This document shows, one piece after another, positions 14,084 to 32,213 of a stretch of DNA of 64,000 bases; the first letter of the stretch is position 1; each line of letters opens with the position of its first letter. Position numbers and translations under genes: made by a program. Below the pieces are notes generated by a model. It searched no databases and was not told the DNA's origin. It saw only the letters and a list, made by a program, of their open reading frames with translations. The DNA is taken from NCBI RefSeq assembly GCF_009914755.1, contig NC_060947.1. One strand, given 5' to 3'. The stretch comes from the human T2T-CHM13v2.0 reference genome, Homo sapiens.

Positions 14084-14352
14084 TAGTTATAGGCACTGAT
14101 TTATTAAGGCATTTCGCTTCTGCTGAAGAAGTAGTTTTTAACATCCCAGTCTGCTTAGGTTGGGTCAGAATGACCACCAACATCAGATAGGTAATTCAAA
14201 TAAAATTAGGCCCTAACACAAGTAAAATAATGGATTGAAATTGTAAATGACAGCGGCAGGTTGAAGAACTGGTCAGAATCAAGTAATTAGGACAAGTGAG
14301 CACAAATCAAACTTATAAAATAAGTCAAAATTTATCTGTTAAAACCAGATTG

Positions 14353-14652
14353 GGCCAGGCGCGTTGGCTCATGCCTGTAATCCCAGCACTTTGGGAGGCC
14401 AGGGCGGGCAGATCACCTGAGGTCAGGAGTCAAGATCAGCCTGGCCAACATGGTGAAACCCTGTCTCTACTAAAATTACAAAAATTAGCCAGGCATGGTG
14501 GTTCATGCCTGTAATCTCAGCTACTCAGTACACTGAGGCAGGAGAATCACTTGAACCCAGGAGGCGGAGGTTGCAGCGAGCCGAGATCACACCACTGCAC
14601 TCCAGCCTGGGCAGCAGAGTGAGACTCCGTCTCAAAAAAAAAAAAAAAAAAA
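14353..14652 (+). mobile_element. Alu (AluS-type), full length
   Basis: ggccaggcgcgttggctc...ctccgtctc plus poly-A; TSD aaa[a/g]ccagattg at 14341-14352 and 14650-14661. Confidence 0.96.
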
Positions 14653-14886
14653 GCCAGATTGGAAAAGACTAGATTTGCAAGGAGGTAGCAGAATGTAACC
14701 TTAGGTTGACTGTGGGTAACAGTATGTGAGGCTTGACATAGCACCGCTAAAAAAAAACACTAATAACCCATGAAATGAAGAGATACAGCCTGGAAAATTA
14801 ACGAAATGGTTATTGCATTAAAATCTGCATTGGTTAGGTCTTCATATGCACATCTGTCTTATGTTTCCCTTCTATTGGTGCAGAGT

Positions 14887-15285
14887 TGTATTAGTCAAGG
14901 TATACTAGATTATGCTGCAGTGACAAACAACCTGAAAATATTAGTGGCTTTTAATAATGCTCATATCAAATGCCCATGCTCCATGTGCATCCTGGGTTGC
15001 TATAGCTTTACTCTATGTCCTATTCACTTCAAAGCCCAGGCTGATAGAGTAGTCTCTTCTAGAAAATTGCTGGTCATCATGGCAGAGGAAAAAGAGAACA
15101 TGGTGAACCATGCATTGGCTCTTAAAGCTTCTGCATAAAAATGAGACCTAACACATCTACTCACAATTCACTGGTCAAAACAAGTCATATAGCCATGACT
15201 GACTTCAATGGCTCAAGGAAGTTTACTTTTCCCTTTAAAAAATGGCAGGTATATATTTGGAAATCATAATACAGTCTGCCACAGC
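14887..15285 (-). mobile_element. Old MaLR (MLT1-type) LTR
   Basis: tgtattagtcaagg...tatgctgcagtgacaaacaacc...cactggtcaaaacaagtcatatagcc...ccaca, a typical MLT1 reverse pattern. Subfamily uncertain. Confidence 0.6.
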
Positions 15286-16634
15286 AATCAATCTATGAAG
15301 AATTCCAGTATAACATTATACTAGAATTTTGAGGACAACAATATTTTTTATTTGAATGTAACCTCTCTCTCCTCAATACTGAAGTGTGTTTGTACTGTGT
15401 GTGTGTGTGTGTGTGAGACACAGAGAGAAAGAGGATCAGTCGGTATTTTAAGTGTAATCTGCTGGAATATGACTGGTAGGTTTCAGTGGGGGACAATAAA
15501 TGACCTTTTGGATTTTGTCCAAGCACAAAATTCTGGTTAATAATCACTTGGTACTCGGCGTTAGTACTAGGAAACTTAAACAGATATGGATTCTATGGAA
15601 TATCTCTTTTCAAGGTGTACCAAATTAAGCCTAGATTTAAGATAGTACTATTACTTGGACAATTTAGTATTTATTAGGATTTTTATATCTTGTCATCATC
15701 AATGATCTAAAACTATTTTTTGCATACGCGGACATAACTGGCGCTTTTTCAAATACTGCACACAATTACTGAAAAGAAATGATTCCATTTTTTACAAGAA
15801 AATGCAATCTAAATAGATAAAAGAGACAAACGTATAGGGCCTGAGGAATTGTTTAAACTGACAGTAGAAATTATATACCATACCATCTCTATTTTATGAC
15901 AGCCAAGTGAATAATCTTGAATTAAAGAATTAATGTTGAATTTATATTTTTATTTATGATAGTATTTGATTTTAGTTTTGCTTTGCACCCTTTATTTGAG
16001 TTTATTACAAGGGAAAAAATGCCTCCCATTGCTTAGACCCTATAGAGTTTCCTTTCCTTGGGATATAGTAGATGGTCATTACCATAAGCAACTTGAATAT
16101 CTGGAAGCTAGAGAGACTTTCTATTACAAAGAAATGTTAGCCTCATTCTATGACTATAAAGTTCTTGCTATCTTTTCTGTAATACAAATCTTGCAGTAAA
16201 GGCTCAACTATTTTTGTTAAATATATCTTCTGAGATCAAGCAGATTGAAGTTTAAAACCAAACTCACATACAAAATGTTTTAAAAACTGTGAAACTCAGT
16301 CTATTTTTGTATAAAATAGAAGTGTGAAGAAACTAAGTGTACTGTACTAGCTTTGCAATTAGAAATTTTATTTTCAACAATATGGCTTTATGAGTTGCAT
16401 TTTTATACTCATATGTAAAATCAATGTGTAATATTTATTACAGAAAGTGAAAATAGAGAATCAGTGCAATAAAATATTGATAACAGATAAATTCAGATTA
16501 TAGAGTGTACAGAGAACCTTGAGAAAGTAAAGAGACATTGAAGTTGAATATGGGGTTCCTTCTCTGAAAATATTAACAATCTAATGGGAAAGACTAAGAC
16601 TAGCAAATAAATAACTGATGAAAACATAAAATAT

Positions 16635-17199
16635 CTAGAACTAGAAATACCATTTGACCCAGCCATCCCATTACTGGGTATATATCCAAAGGACTATAAA
16701 TCATGCTGCTATAAAGACACATGCACACCTATGTTTATTGCGGCACTATTCACAATAGCAAAGACTTGGAGCCAACCCAAATGCCTAACAATGATAGACT
16801 GGATTAAGAAAATGTGGCACATATACACCATGGACCACTATGCAGCCATAAAAAATGATGAGTTCATGTCCTTTGTAGGGACATGGATGAAATTGGAAAT
16901 CATCATTCTCAGTAAACTATCGCAAGGACAAAAAACCAAACACCGCATGTTCTCACTCATAGGTGGGAATTGAACAGTGAGAACACGTGGACACAGGAAG
17001 GGGAACATCACACTCTGGGGACTGTTGTGGGGTGGGGGGAGGGGGGAGGGATAGCATTAGGAGATATACCTAATGCTAAATGACGAGTTAATGGGTGCAG
17101 CACATCAGCATGGCACATGTATACGTATGTAACTAACCTGCACATTGTGCACGTGTACCCTAAAACTTAAAGTATAATAATAATAAAATAAAATAAAAA
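16635..17199 (+). mobile_element. Young L1PA (about L1PA3) 3' end, 5'-truncated
   Basis: Near-consensus ORF2 C-terminus (MFIAALFTIAKTW...SLIGGN) and 3' UTR; 15-bp TSD gaaa[a/g]cataaaatat at 16620-16634 and 17200-17214. Confidence 0.96.
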
Positions 17200-17405
17200 G
17201 AAAGCATAAAATATGTAAAGCTAGTAGAGTTATCTGGTAGACCATTCAAAACCATTTAGGCCTTGTCTCATGACATGCAAAATAAACAAACTTAGTTCAT
17301 AATGGGAATTAACTCACTGCCTCTTCAGGCTGTCAAAACACAGCTATTAAAGTTACAAGACAGCTATTAAAGTTACAGGGATTACAGTCTCAATCTAATG
17401 AATGA

Positions 17406-17721
<316 letters not shown>

Positions 17722-18083
17722 CACTCTAAATGAATTTTCTAATCGTTGATAACCTTGACATTTTTACTTCAGTCTTGAAATTTTGATTTTTTTGGTTTGT
17801 TAAAGACCCATATGAATGCTGAAAAAACAATTAGCCTTTCTTTTGCCTGTACCCTCACGTCTCTATATGCTAAAAAATTATTTTACACACTCATTCAATT
17901 ATTGGGGCGTTAGTTTTTCATTGTGAAGTAAAAGACTAGAGTAGTTGGAGCTAACTTTAGATGACCTTGTGGGAGAGAACTGGAATAGAATTTTGTAGAG
18001 GAATATTATGCAAGATGTGGAAGAATTGGCCGTGTTCACTGACAGAAGAACAAAGTAGTTCTCAGCCATTTTACAAGCATGAC

Positions 18084-18150
18084 TTATTTTATTTTATTTT
18101 ATTTTATTTTATTTTATTTTATTTTATTTTATTTTATTTTATTTTATTTT
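18084..18150 (+). repeat. (ATTTT)n pentanucleotide microsatellite, about 13 units
   Basis: Direct reading. Confidence 0.95.
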
Positions 18151-18980
18151 GCAGACCCCATGTGTTAAAAAAAATTTAAGGCTTTTGAACTACATTTCTA
18201 TAATAATAATAATTTCCCTAATTTTTAATTAATGATGTGTAACCACTAGTCAGCAGGAGACAACCAGTGTTACCAAAGTCAGTTTGTGCAATATATGGTT
18301 TCTCTTGCCCTTTTTGAATTACCCATAGTGGTTCTCAGGCCACACTCCTCCAGAGTTATCTCTATATACTATCCTGGAAAATATGAGTAATAATATCTTC
18401 ATCTTTTATTTTATAATTTGGAAAAAATTAAATGACAGAAAGAAATGGAGAATAATGTAAGAAGCAGACATGGACCAACACTTCAAATTGATAAATATTA
18501 AGATATGGTCATATTTGCATCAGAACTTTTTTATAAAGTTGTTTGTATTTCTGCTCAGGCCCCTTCCTCAGAGGCATGCATGAGCATTGGCATGTATCCT
18601 TTTGGTTGATATTTATATACTTTGCTATACATATATGCAGAAACAATATATTTTACTTCTCAATTTTAGTCAACAATGAAACATCATGGAGTTTAAACAG
18701 AAGGATGTGGGATTATGATAGGATAATTAAAGTGGTTCAGAAGTTTGATATAGTAGTCATATCAGACCCTGCTTGAAACTCCTTGATGGCTTGCTCATTA
18801 GCCTCAGGATAAAACTCATATTATTTAACAGACTTTCAAGGCAACACATTATTAGATTTCCAAAGTTTTCCCTCTTCAGTTCATCTCTCCATATTTCTCT
18901 TTCATATCTCATGCCCTTGTTGCTCTGTATGCCTCAGCCATAGGACCTTTTAAGTTTTTAAAATTTTCAGTCTCTAAAGC

Positions 18981-19364
18981 TGTATTAGTCCATTCTTGCA
19001 TAGGTTTAAAGAGCTACCTGAGTCTGGGTAATTTATAAAGAAAAGAGGTTTAATTGACTCAAAGTTCTGCAGGCTGTACAGGAAGCATGGCTGGGAGACC
19101 TCAGGAAACTCACAATCATGGCAGAAGGTGAAAGGGAAGCAGGCACATCTTACATGGCCAGAGAAGGACAAAGAGAGAGCAAGGGGGAGGTACTACATAC
19201 CTTTCAACAACCAGATCTCGTGAGAACTCACTCACTATCACAAGAACAGCAAGGGGGAAACACACCTCCATGATTTAATCACATCCCACCAGGCACCTCC
19301 TCCAACACTGGGGATCACAATTTGACATGAGTTTTGGGTGGGGACACAAGTCCAAACCATATCC
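18981..19364 (-). mobile_element. MSTA-like MaLR solo LTR, apparently nested in an L2 relic
   Basis: tgtattagtcc...ggggacacaagtccaaaccatatc; 5-bp TSD AAAGC at 18976-18980 and 19365-19369. Confidence 0.92.
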
Positions 19365-19777
19365 AAAGCCTTTCCACATATTTGTTTTGCCCAGTACAAT
19401 TCTTCCAACTTTAGTTCCTCTCATCCTTCCAACCTCAATTTACACATCACTTCCTCTGGGAAGTTCCTCTGATCCTTCCAAAATATGACACCAGAGCCCA
19501 ATTAAGACATTTTAGAAGCCTCAAATACTAAAAGTCATATAGGTTATATGACTGTTGCCCTACCACCATATTATTCACAATAAACACAATATTAAGTGCA
19601 ATGAAGTCTGAAATTTCGGTTTCCTAATAGTGACTATTTTGATGATTTTATTCTTTGAGGTATTGAGTATCATGTTATTTGACAAAATCAAGTTACTTGT
19701 TTGCTTACTGCACAGCAGTCTGTTCTTAACCCATCATGGTGCTTATTAAATAATCTTATTGTTTTTCTGCACATTTT

Positions 19778-19892
19778 ACTAGACTGTAAACAATTTGACG
19801 GTAGGAATTATGTATTGTTCAACATCCTATCCCCAGAACAAGGACAATGCCTGGAACATGGATATTGATCAATAAATATTTGTTAAATGAAA
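19778..19892 (+). mobile_element. L2 3' end
   Basis: actagactgtaaac...aatgcctggaacat...tcaataaatatttgttaaatgaa. Confidence 0.7.
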
Positions 19893-21374
19893 AAATCAAT
19901 GTTAACCTAGTTTCTCATGGTTTACAATTACTTATTCAAAAGCCTTGCCTTCTCTAAGTTTATTCTTAGAGATGAGCAATTCCGACCTAAAAGGACGTGA
20001 AGATCAAGTTATTCCTGTGTGTCGCACTCACTGTATAACAGAGTGGATCTTCAGATGAGGGAAAACATGAATATAAACTATGTCTAAAGGTACATCTGTT
20101 TGTATAATATTTTACAATTTATGAAGTATTTTCAAATATACCATCTCATTTGGTCTTTATAATACACTTGGGAGGCAGATATTTTTGTCTAAGTTTCAGA
20201 TATAAGGTAGCAGGCTGGGACAGGTTAAATGACCTGCAAAGTTATGTGGCAGTAAGGCAGGACTAGAACTCAAGTCCACATCTTTTGACTCTAAATAACC
20301 TCTCTATATGGAAACCTGTGGATCAGTTTATCTATGGCTATAGAGCAATATAGTTCTTTCTGTCACTGAAAATTCCTAACCTGAATGCTTATTCATGATG
20401 ATCAAAGTAAAGCAATAGTGCAATTAGAATATATCTTCCAACTGACTGGTAAATCAATGGATTTTATATTTCAAAGGAAAAAAAGTAATCTTAGTATTTT
20501 TCTCTCTTACATATCTTCTAGAGCCTTTACAAACCTGAGAGTGTCTATATACTCATTCTTACTACTTTCTGAGTTTTTGGCATCGATAATGTTCTAGGTT
20601 TTTATAGTGAGATAAAAGTGTTAAAGTATTGGATTTGAGTCTCAGAAAACATGAAAATCCAACTATTTTTATTTTATTATTAAACAAACATATTAATGAT
20701 TTTATGTGACATTTTTGCATAAAGCTTCTACAGAGTCTTCTTTCTATGGTTTCAGTATGTAACCAATAAGTCATTTTTATGTAAAGATGTTTGCTTTACC
20801 CAAGAGATTGTAAATGAAACTTTTATACCCAAAGCCATTCTGTAATGAAGATTACCTTATGTAACAGATTGAATGAAAGCAAGTCAGAAATAAATCTTTG
20901 TAGAAAACCTTATTGACAAAATTCTCCCTCATTCTTTTTTAATCCCCTTAAATCATATTGCCACCAGAGAGATTGATGTCAGTGGCATATTTGATCATAA
21001 CACTCTTCTGCTTATACCCCTTCAGGGGTACCCCCTTAGTGTACAAGATAAATTTTAAGTTCTTTCAAAATGGTCAAGTACCAGCCTATTTCATCAGCCT
21101 CATTTCACTTCTTCTTGCTTTACAATTCATATTCTAGTAAGAACAAACTATGTTTAGCTCCCTGCATAAATCTGGTTCTCAGCCCTATGCCTTTTTAATC
21201 ATGCTATTCCCCTTGTCTTGACTATTCCTCAGCTTTTATCTGGATAACTCCTGTTTATTCCTCCAGATTCTACTCATGCTTCTCTTTAAAATAAATGCCT
21301 TTCTCAGACTGCTTACCTAGGTGGTAGTCTTTCCTTCCTTAACACCCTCTACTCATGTCTTTCTTTACAGCTAC

Positions 21375-22592
21375 TAATTTATATTTTTCCAGCTCTATTG
21401 AGGTGTGATTGACACATTAAAATTGTACATATTTAAGACATACAACATGATGCTTTGATGTATGTACACATTATGAAATAATTACCACAAACAAGCTAAT
21501 TAACATATTCATCACCTCACATAGTTTCCTGTGTATGTGTGTGTGTCTCTGTGAGGTAAGAGCACTTGAAATCTACTCTCTTAGCAAATGTCAAGCATGC
21601 AATACATTATTATTGACTACTGTCACCATGCTGTACATTAGGTCTCCAGAACTATTCATCTTATGACTGAAAGTTTGTGCCCTTTGACCATTATCTCCTC
21701 CCACCCTGTCCATTGTAACCACCATTCTACTCTCTGTTACTGTGAGTTTGACTTCGTTTTTTAGATTTCATATATAAATGAGATCACACAGTATTTGTCT
21801 TTCTATGTCTGGCTTATTTCATTTAGCATGATGTCCTCTTGGTTCATCCATGTTGTTGCAAGTGGGAGAATATCCTTCTTTTTAAAGGAAGATTAATATT
21901 TCATTGTGTGTGTGTATGTGTGTATCACATTTTCTGTATCCATTCATCTTATGTAGTACACTTAGATTGTTTCTATATCTTGGCTACTGTGAGTAATGCT
22001 GCAATGGGAAACCAGACATCTTTTCAATATAGTGATTTTATTTCCCTTGGATATATACTCAGAAGTGGGATTGCTGGATAATATAGTCGTTCTATTTTTA
22101 ATTTTTTTGAGAAACCTCCATACTGTTTTCCATAGTGACTGTACCAATTTACGTTTCCACCAACAGCAGACAAGAATTCTCTTCTCTACGTTTTTGCCAT
22201 TACTTCTTATCTTTTGACATTTTGATTATAGCCATTCTAACAGGAGTGAGATGATATCTCATTGTGGTTTTGCTTTGCATTTTTCTGATAATTAGCAATT
22301 TTGAACATTTTTTCATATACCTAATGGCCATTTGTATGTTGTTTTTGGGAAAATATCTAGTCAGGTCCTTTGCCCAGTTTTTAATCAGGTTATTTGTTTC
22401 TATTTTTGCTGTTGAGTTGTGTGGGTTCCTTACATATTTTGGATATTAACCCCTTATTGGATACATGGTTTGCAAATATTTTCTCCCATTCTGTAGGTTG
22501 CCTTTTCATTTTGTTGATTCTTTCTTTTGCTGTGCAGAAACTTTTTGGGTTGATGTAGTCCTGCTTGTTTATTTTTGCTTTTATTGCCTGTG
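21375..22592 (-). mobile_element. L1MA-type (older) 3' portion
   Basis: Reverse-strand L1 3' UTR and ORF2 C-terminus ([17 protein letters not shown] in the ORF track). Confidence 0.92.
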
Positions 22593-23477
22593 ACTACAAA
22601 TTTATATTGTACTATATACACATTTTTGCGATTTTTCTTTCCTGCTACCCTTTGAGCTCTTTGCATCTTCTTTCCTTGGGAATTTTATTTCGGTATTTTT
22701 CTACCCTTGTATCTTTTGGATGGTCTGTGCATATTTTTCTCTAGACCACTAAGTAAAATAACATATAACTTGGCATAATCTATTGGTAAGAAGTCAATAA
22801 TCAATAAACACCATGCCAAGAATAGAACATTTCATTATTCTTTTGTAGTTAGGTAAGACGCATTGATATTTTTTGTTAAACATCATTGTATGATACATCA
22901 TGATATTGATTAATGTATTTTAGCGATTCAAGCACATAACGCATTTCAAAGGTAATGATAATCTGTAAATGTGTGCAGATACAAGTATACCAGTGTATGT
23001 GGTAGGTGGAAAATTACTACAGTTGTGGGTATGGAGACACTGCAAGTACAGAATTATGGAATCAGGGCCTTGTTCACTTGGAAGGAAACTTAGGAGTCAT
23101 CTTAATTCAGCTGCTTTTGAAATTTGTGTGTGGATCATGATAATAACAGCTAACATTTGCATGTTTTGTAATTTACAAAACATTTCCATATCACTTGATG
23201 TTCATAGGCAGTTCAACAGAGTTGTTATTGTTATGATGCTCTTGACAACTCTACAAAGAGAATTGGTTTCATTGTACTGTGCTGCTATTGTAGATTTCAT
23301 AATAGACTGGAATCTGCTGTTTGCTGAAGGAATAAGAAGGGATACATCTTGTTAGTACAACTGAATCCCTCCATGTTTTCTTCCAGATGTGGCCTTTACT
23401 GTTATTTGTTTGGAATTTTTGTTAAATGGCTTCCTGTTTTGTAACTGTTGGGTGGACTGTAGTATATTTCTCTAGAC

Positions 23478-23689
23478 CTGCACTGCATCTAACACCACAG
23501 TAACCACTAGCTGCATTTGGATATTGAAATGTAAATTTAAATCAATTAAAATTAAGTAAATTCGATTCCTCATTTGCATGAGCCACATTTCAAGTGCTCA
23601 ATAACCACGTGTTTCTAATGGTTATCAAATTGAACAGAATAGACAAAGAACATTTTTGTTATCCCAGAAAGTTTTATTGGACAGTGCTA
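23478..23689 (-). mobile_element. MER3-like hAT-Charlie DNA transposon
   Basis: gccacatttcaagtgctcaata...agaaagttttattggacagtgct; perfect 8-bp TSD CTCTAGAC at 23470-23477 and 23690-23697, fitting the Charlie NTCTAGAN target. Confidence 0.88.
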
Positions 23690-23939
23690 CTCTAGACCAT
23701 TGCTATATGTATGCATCTTGATGAAGTTGTCATCTGTCAGTAGTTAAGCTGGGATGCTGTAAGGCAGAAATCTGTAAAAGTAATCAGACTGACAATAAGT
23801 GGTAAATGGATGAGGATTGTTCTAGCTTATTACTAAAAATGGAATAGTCCCTCTCCCCTATGGAAAAGTTGTTAGAAACTTTTTTGAATGTAAAAGACTG
23901 TAAAATGACTTAAAACTAGTGAAAAACTGAAGTTTTGCT

Positions 23940-24213
23940 TTCTTTTTTAACTTTTAAGATCAGAGGTACAAGTTAACATTTGTCACATAGTGTATGTGTC
24001 ATGGGGGTTTGTTGTATAGATTATTTCGTCACCCGGGTATTAAGCCTAGTACCCATTAGTTATTTTTTCTTTTTCTCTCCCTCTTCCCACCCTCCACCTT
24101 CCAATAGGCCCCAGTTTCTGTTATTCCCCTCTATGTGTCCATGTGTTCTCATCATTTAGCTCCCACTTAAAGTAAAAACATGTGGTATTTGGTTTTCTGT
24201 TCCTGTGTTAGTT
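23940..24213 (-). mobile_element. L1PA (older) 3' UTR fragment
   Basis: gtcatgggggtttgttgtatagattatttcgtcacc...atttagctcccactta...ttggttttctgttcctgtgttag. Confidence 0.85.
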
Positions 24214-24347
24214 TTCTTTTTACAAAATAAATTTTGCTTTTGTTGTTCTTCAGCTCATTGTGGCCAATACTATATCACAGTATCTTTTTCCTCTGAGGAA
24301 TAAGCAGCTCATGTCAACATTTTCTACTCCTGACAATATTCTTCATC

Positions 24348-24652
<305 letters not shown>

Positions 24653-25729
24653 TATCCTTAAGCTTCACCAGATTTGTGCCTCCTTGCCCCTGGTTGATAA
24701 ATTTGCCACATTTGTTATACTGTTTTAAGAAGATGGAAAGTATTAGATATATTCTTGATTCATTTATTTTTCCCTTTAATATCACACTTCAGTCAGCTAG
24801 TCTCCTTTCTTCATATTTGTCATGTCAACTCCTCCAATGATGCGTTCTGCTTGGTGTGTATATAGTACTAGATCTTCCATCTCCTAATACACTCTCCCAA
24901 CAAAAATGACAAGAATCATGTTATATAGAGCATACTTATATATTCTTTGCATTTATAATCTTTACATCAGCTGAGTTATATAAATATGTTTATCTGGATT
25001 TTTGTAAATTACTGTATCATGATAAATGCTAAACTGCCTATCTTCTTTTTTTCATCACTTTGACCCTGCTTCTCAAAAAACTATGCTTATAGTTCCTTTC
25101 CTACTTTGAAATATTTCTTAGAAGACCAGTTTATATAAGTACTCTTACTTGTACATCTAAACTCCTCACATTGTCTTTTTCAACTACTCCATCTCCATTA
25201 TTAAATTAAAACTGATTTTTAAAGCTTCTTGCTGTCATTTTTCTCTGACTCTTACTTAAATTAGACACTGTTTTTCCCTTCTCCCTTTCCAAAACTCTTT
25301 TCTTGTCTCTGTAATATCACTTTCTTCATTTAATCCTGGCCATGGGATTAATTCTTGCTCTGGCTCCTAAACAAGCATTGTCTGAGGTTTTATCCTCAGC
25401 CGTCTTCCCACCATACATACTCTGTTCTGGTGAAGTCATCATTGTTGTTTTCTTGTAGCTTTAACTATCCCTTCAATGTCAGTATCTTCAAGATCTGGCT
25501 CTGTTTCCATTCTAATTCAGTTTTATCAAATGCTTGCCAGACAATTGTATGTAACACGTTCTGTTTTCAGCCGCTTCTAATTTTATGTGCACAAAATAAA
25601 ATTGTTTTAATCTCCTCGATTTCCTTTCTCCATCTCTACTATACCATTCATCCATCCATTTCCTCAGGCTTGAACACTTAGAGTAATGTTTAACTTTTCC
25701 TTCTCCATTATTTCTTGTTTATTAATTTG

Positions 25730-29845
<4,116 letters not shown>

Positions 29846-31875
29846 CTTTCTAGAGATAAAACATCCACTTTAGTATGTCTAGGAAGATACACAACTTTGC
29901 GGAGATTCCCATAACTGAGATATGGCACAAAAATTACTCTTAAGGGGCTATGAAGAATGGAACAAGAGATGACTATGGGAGTTGTTAGCTGGACAAGAAC
30001 ATTTCATCTCTACAGACCCCTCAACCCTCACTCACAACTCACATTGCTGTATATCATCAACTATTATATTAGATAGGCTGCCTTGACTTCAACTCTTCCC
30101 CAAGGAAAGTCAAGAGAAATTATAAACTGACTGAGTTAAGTTTTTGAAAGAGATTCAAAATGGAAATTAAATTGTTATAGAAAAATTGAAATTGCTTTTC
30201 TTTTAAAACAAAAACAAAAATTTTCTTCAACCTAACATTGGTAGCTCTCCATAATATGCCCCATATTATTTTCTCTGCCTTCTTTCCCACTGCATTTTCC
30301 CCACATAGCTTAAATTTTAACCAAATCAGTCTGCTTACTTCTTATTGACTGTGCATTTGTTCAGTGTGTTCACACACTTTGAAATGTTCTTTCTCCCTAA
30401 ACCTTCAAATTCCAGATTTGAAAGCCATTTAGGGCCAGGTAAAATATCATTTCCTTCACTTAGTTAATCCAGGATTATCAGAATTTATCTCCTTTTTAAT
30501 GGGATCTTTTGTTAGAATTTATCTTATCTACCTTCTATTTGTATTTGAATGTTTTCTCCCCTCCTACTTAATGAAATTGTGATGGCCAAATACCAAGGGT
30601 AATTTATCCCTCATTACATAATAGTATCTGGAACTGAATTGCATTTAGATGACAAAAAACATGTTGGTGAACTGAATTGTGACTTCAATAAATAAATGAA
30701 TGCAAGGAAGAGAGGAAGGCAGGGAGGGAGGAGAAAAAAAAGGAAAGGAAAAGTATAATATTCATTGCTTAAATTAACCCCTTAGGCATGTAAAGACATT
30801 TTGATAATAATAGAATATGTTGAAGTGTTGAGTATGAAGGTACCATTATCAAAGGTTTACATAGATGGATTATTTATATATTACTTCTAAGTAAAACAAT
30901 ATTTTTATATTATTTGTAAAAGTATACAATATATACACAAAAATAAGACATATGGAAATTTATGGCATTTATAAAGTTCCATGAAATATAATAGTATTAT
31001 TATTAGAGATATACACTATTTCCCTTCACTATCTCTCTTTATATATTTACTATTAATAACATATGCACTGTTCTTATGATTATAATATACAATTGATGAG
31101 AAATATTACTTGTTCTGAGCATTGTGACCCACCAGGCGCTTAAAACTTGTTGACAAAGTATGGAGCATCAGTGGTAATATGTAGGAGTAAAAATTGTTCT
31201 GTTATTCTGCTCAGTATAGCAATTGCATCATTGTTTCACAGAAAGGATAACATTATGATCCTGTGTGGGTGTATAGCTCATCTGTGGGAGGATGTTTCTG
31301 TGCATACTTAGTGATCAAAATTCAAGAAACACGCCTCATTTTTATGAATATTTTCTCATTAGGAATTTGGCTCATGTAAATGCATCACATAATTTGTAGA
31401 AGCATTATATGGAAAAGGAAAAAGAAGAAATGAATTTTTTTTGCATATACAATAAAAGCTTGAGCTACTGAAGAGAATTCCTGGTAGTATATAGTATCGT
31501 GACTGGAAACCCAGTCTTTAAAAACTAAATTTAATTCTAACCTAAAAATAACTGGAATGTCAGAGGTGTACCTTTCCACAGCATGAATAGGTTTGTAAAG
31601 TATAGATTTATCCATATGCAATGCTATTTTCTCTTTAAAACTTGAGATATCTTTTGGGAAAGGATTTGGCCCCAAGTATTAATAAAACCCATACTTTAGA
31701 AGCAAGTATTTTAAAATCACCTGTTGATGGAAGTAAAATAACTTAGTAATAAATAAACCCCCCCAAAGTACCTAGAGCTATTTAAATACTTAACATGATG
31801 AAATGAATGCCATAAAATTACAGCTTAACAAAATATAACATAGTCATTTAGTTTCTATTCTTCTCCCTAATATAA

Positions 31876-32213
<338 letters not shown>

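Noticed and set aside
22969-23355. 128-aa ORF
   Set aside because: No recognisable domain, no promoter context and no processed-pseudogene hallmarks; compatible with chance.
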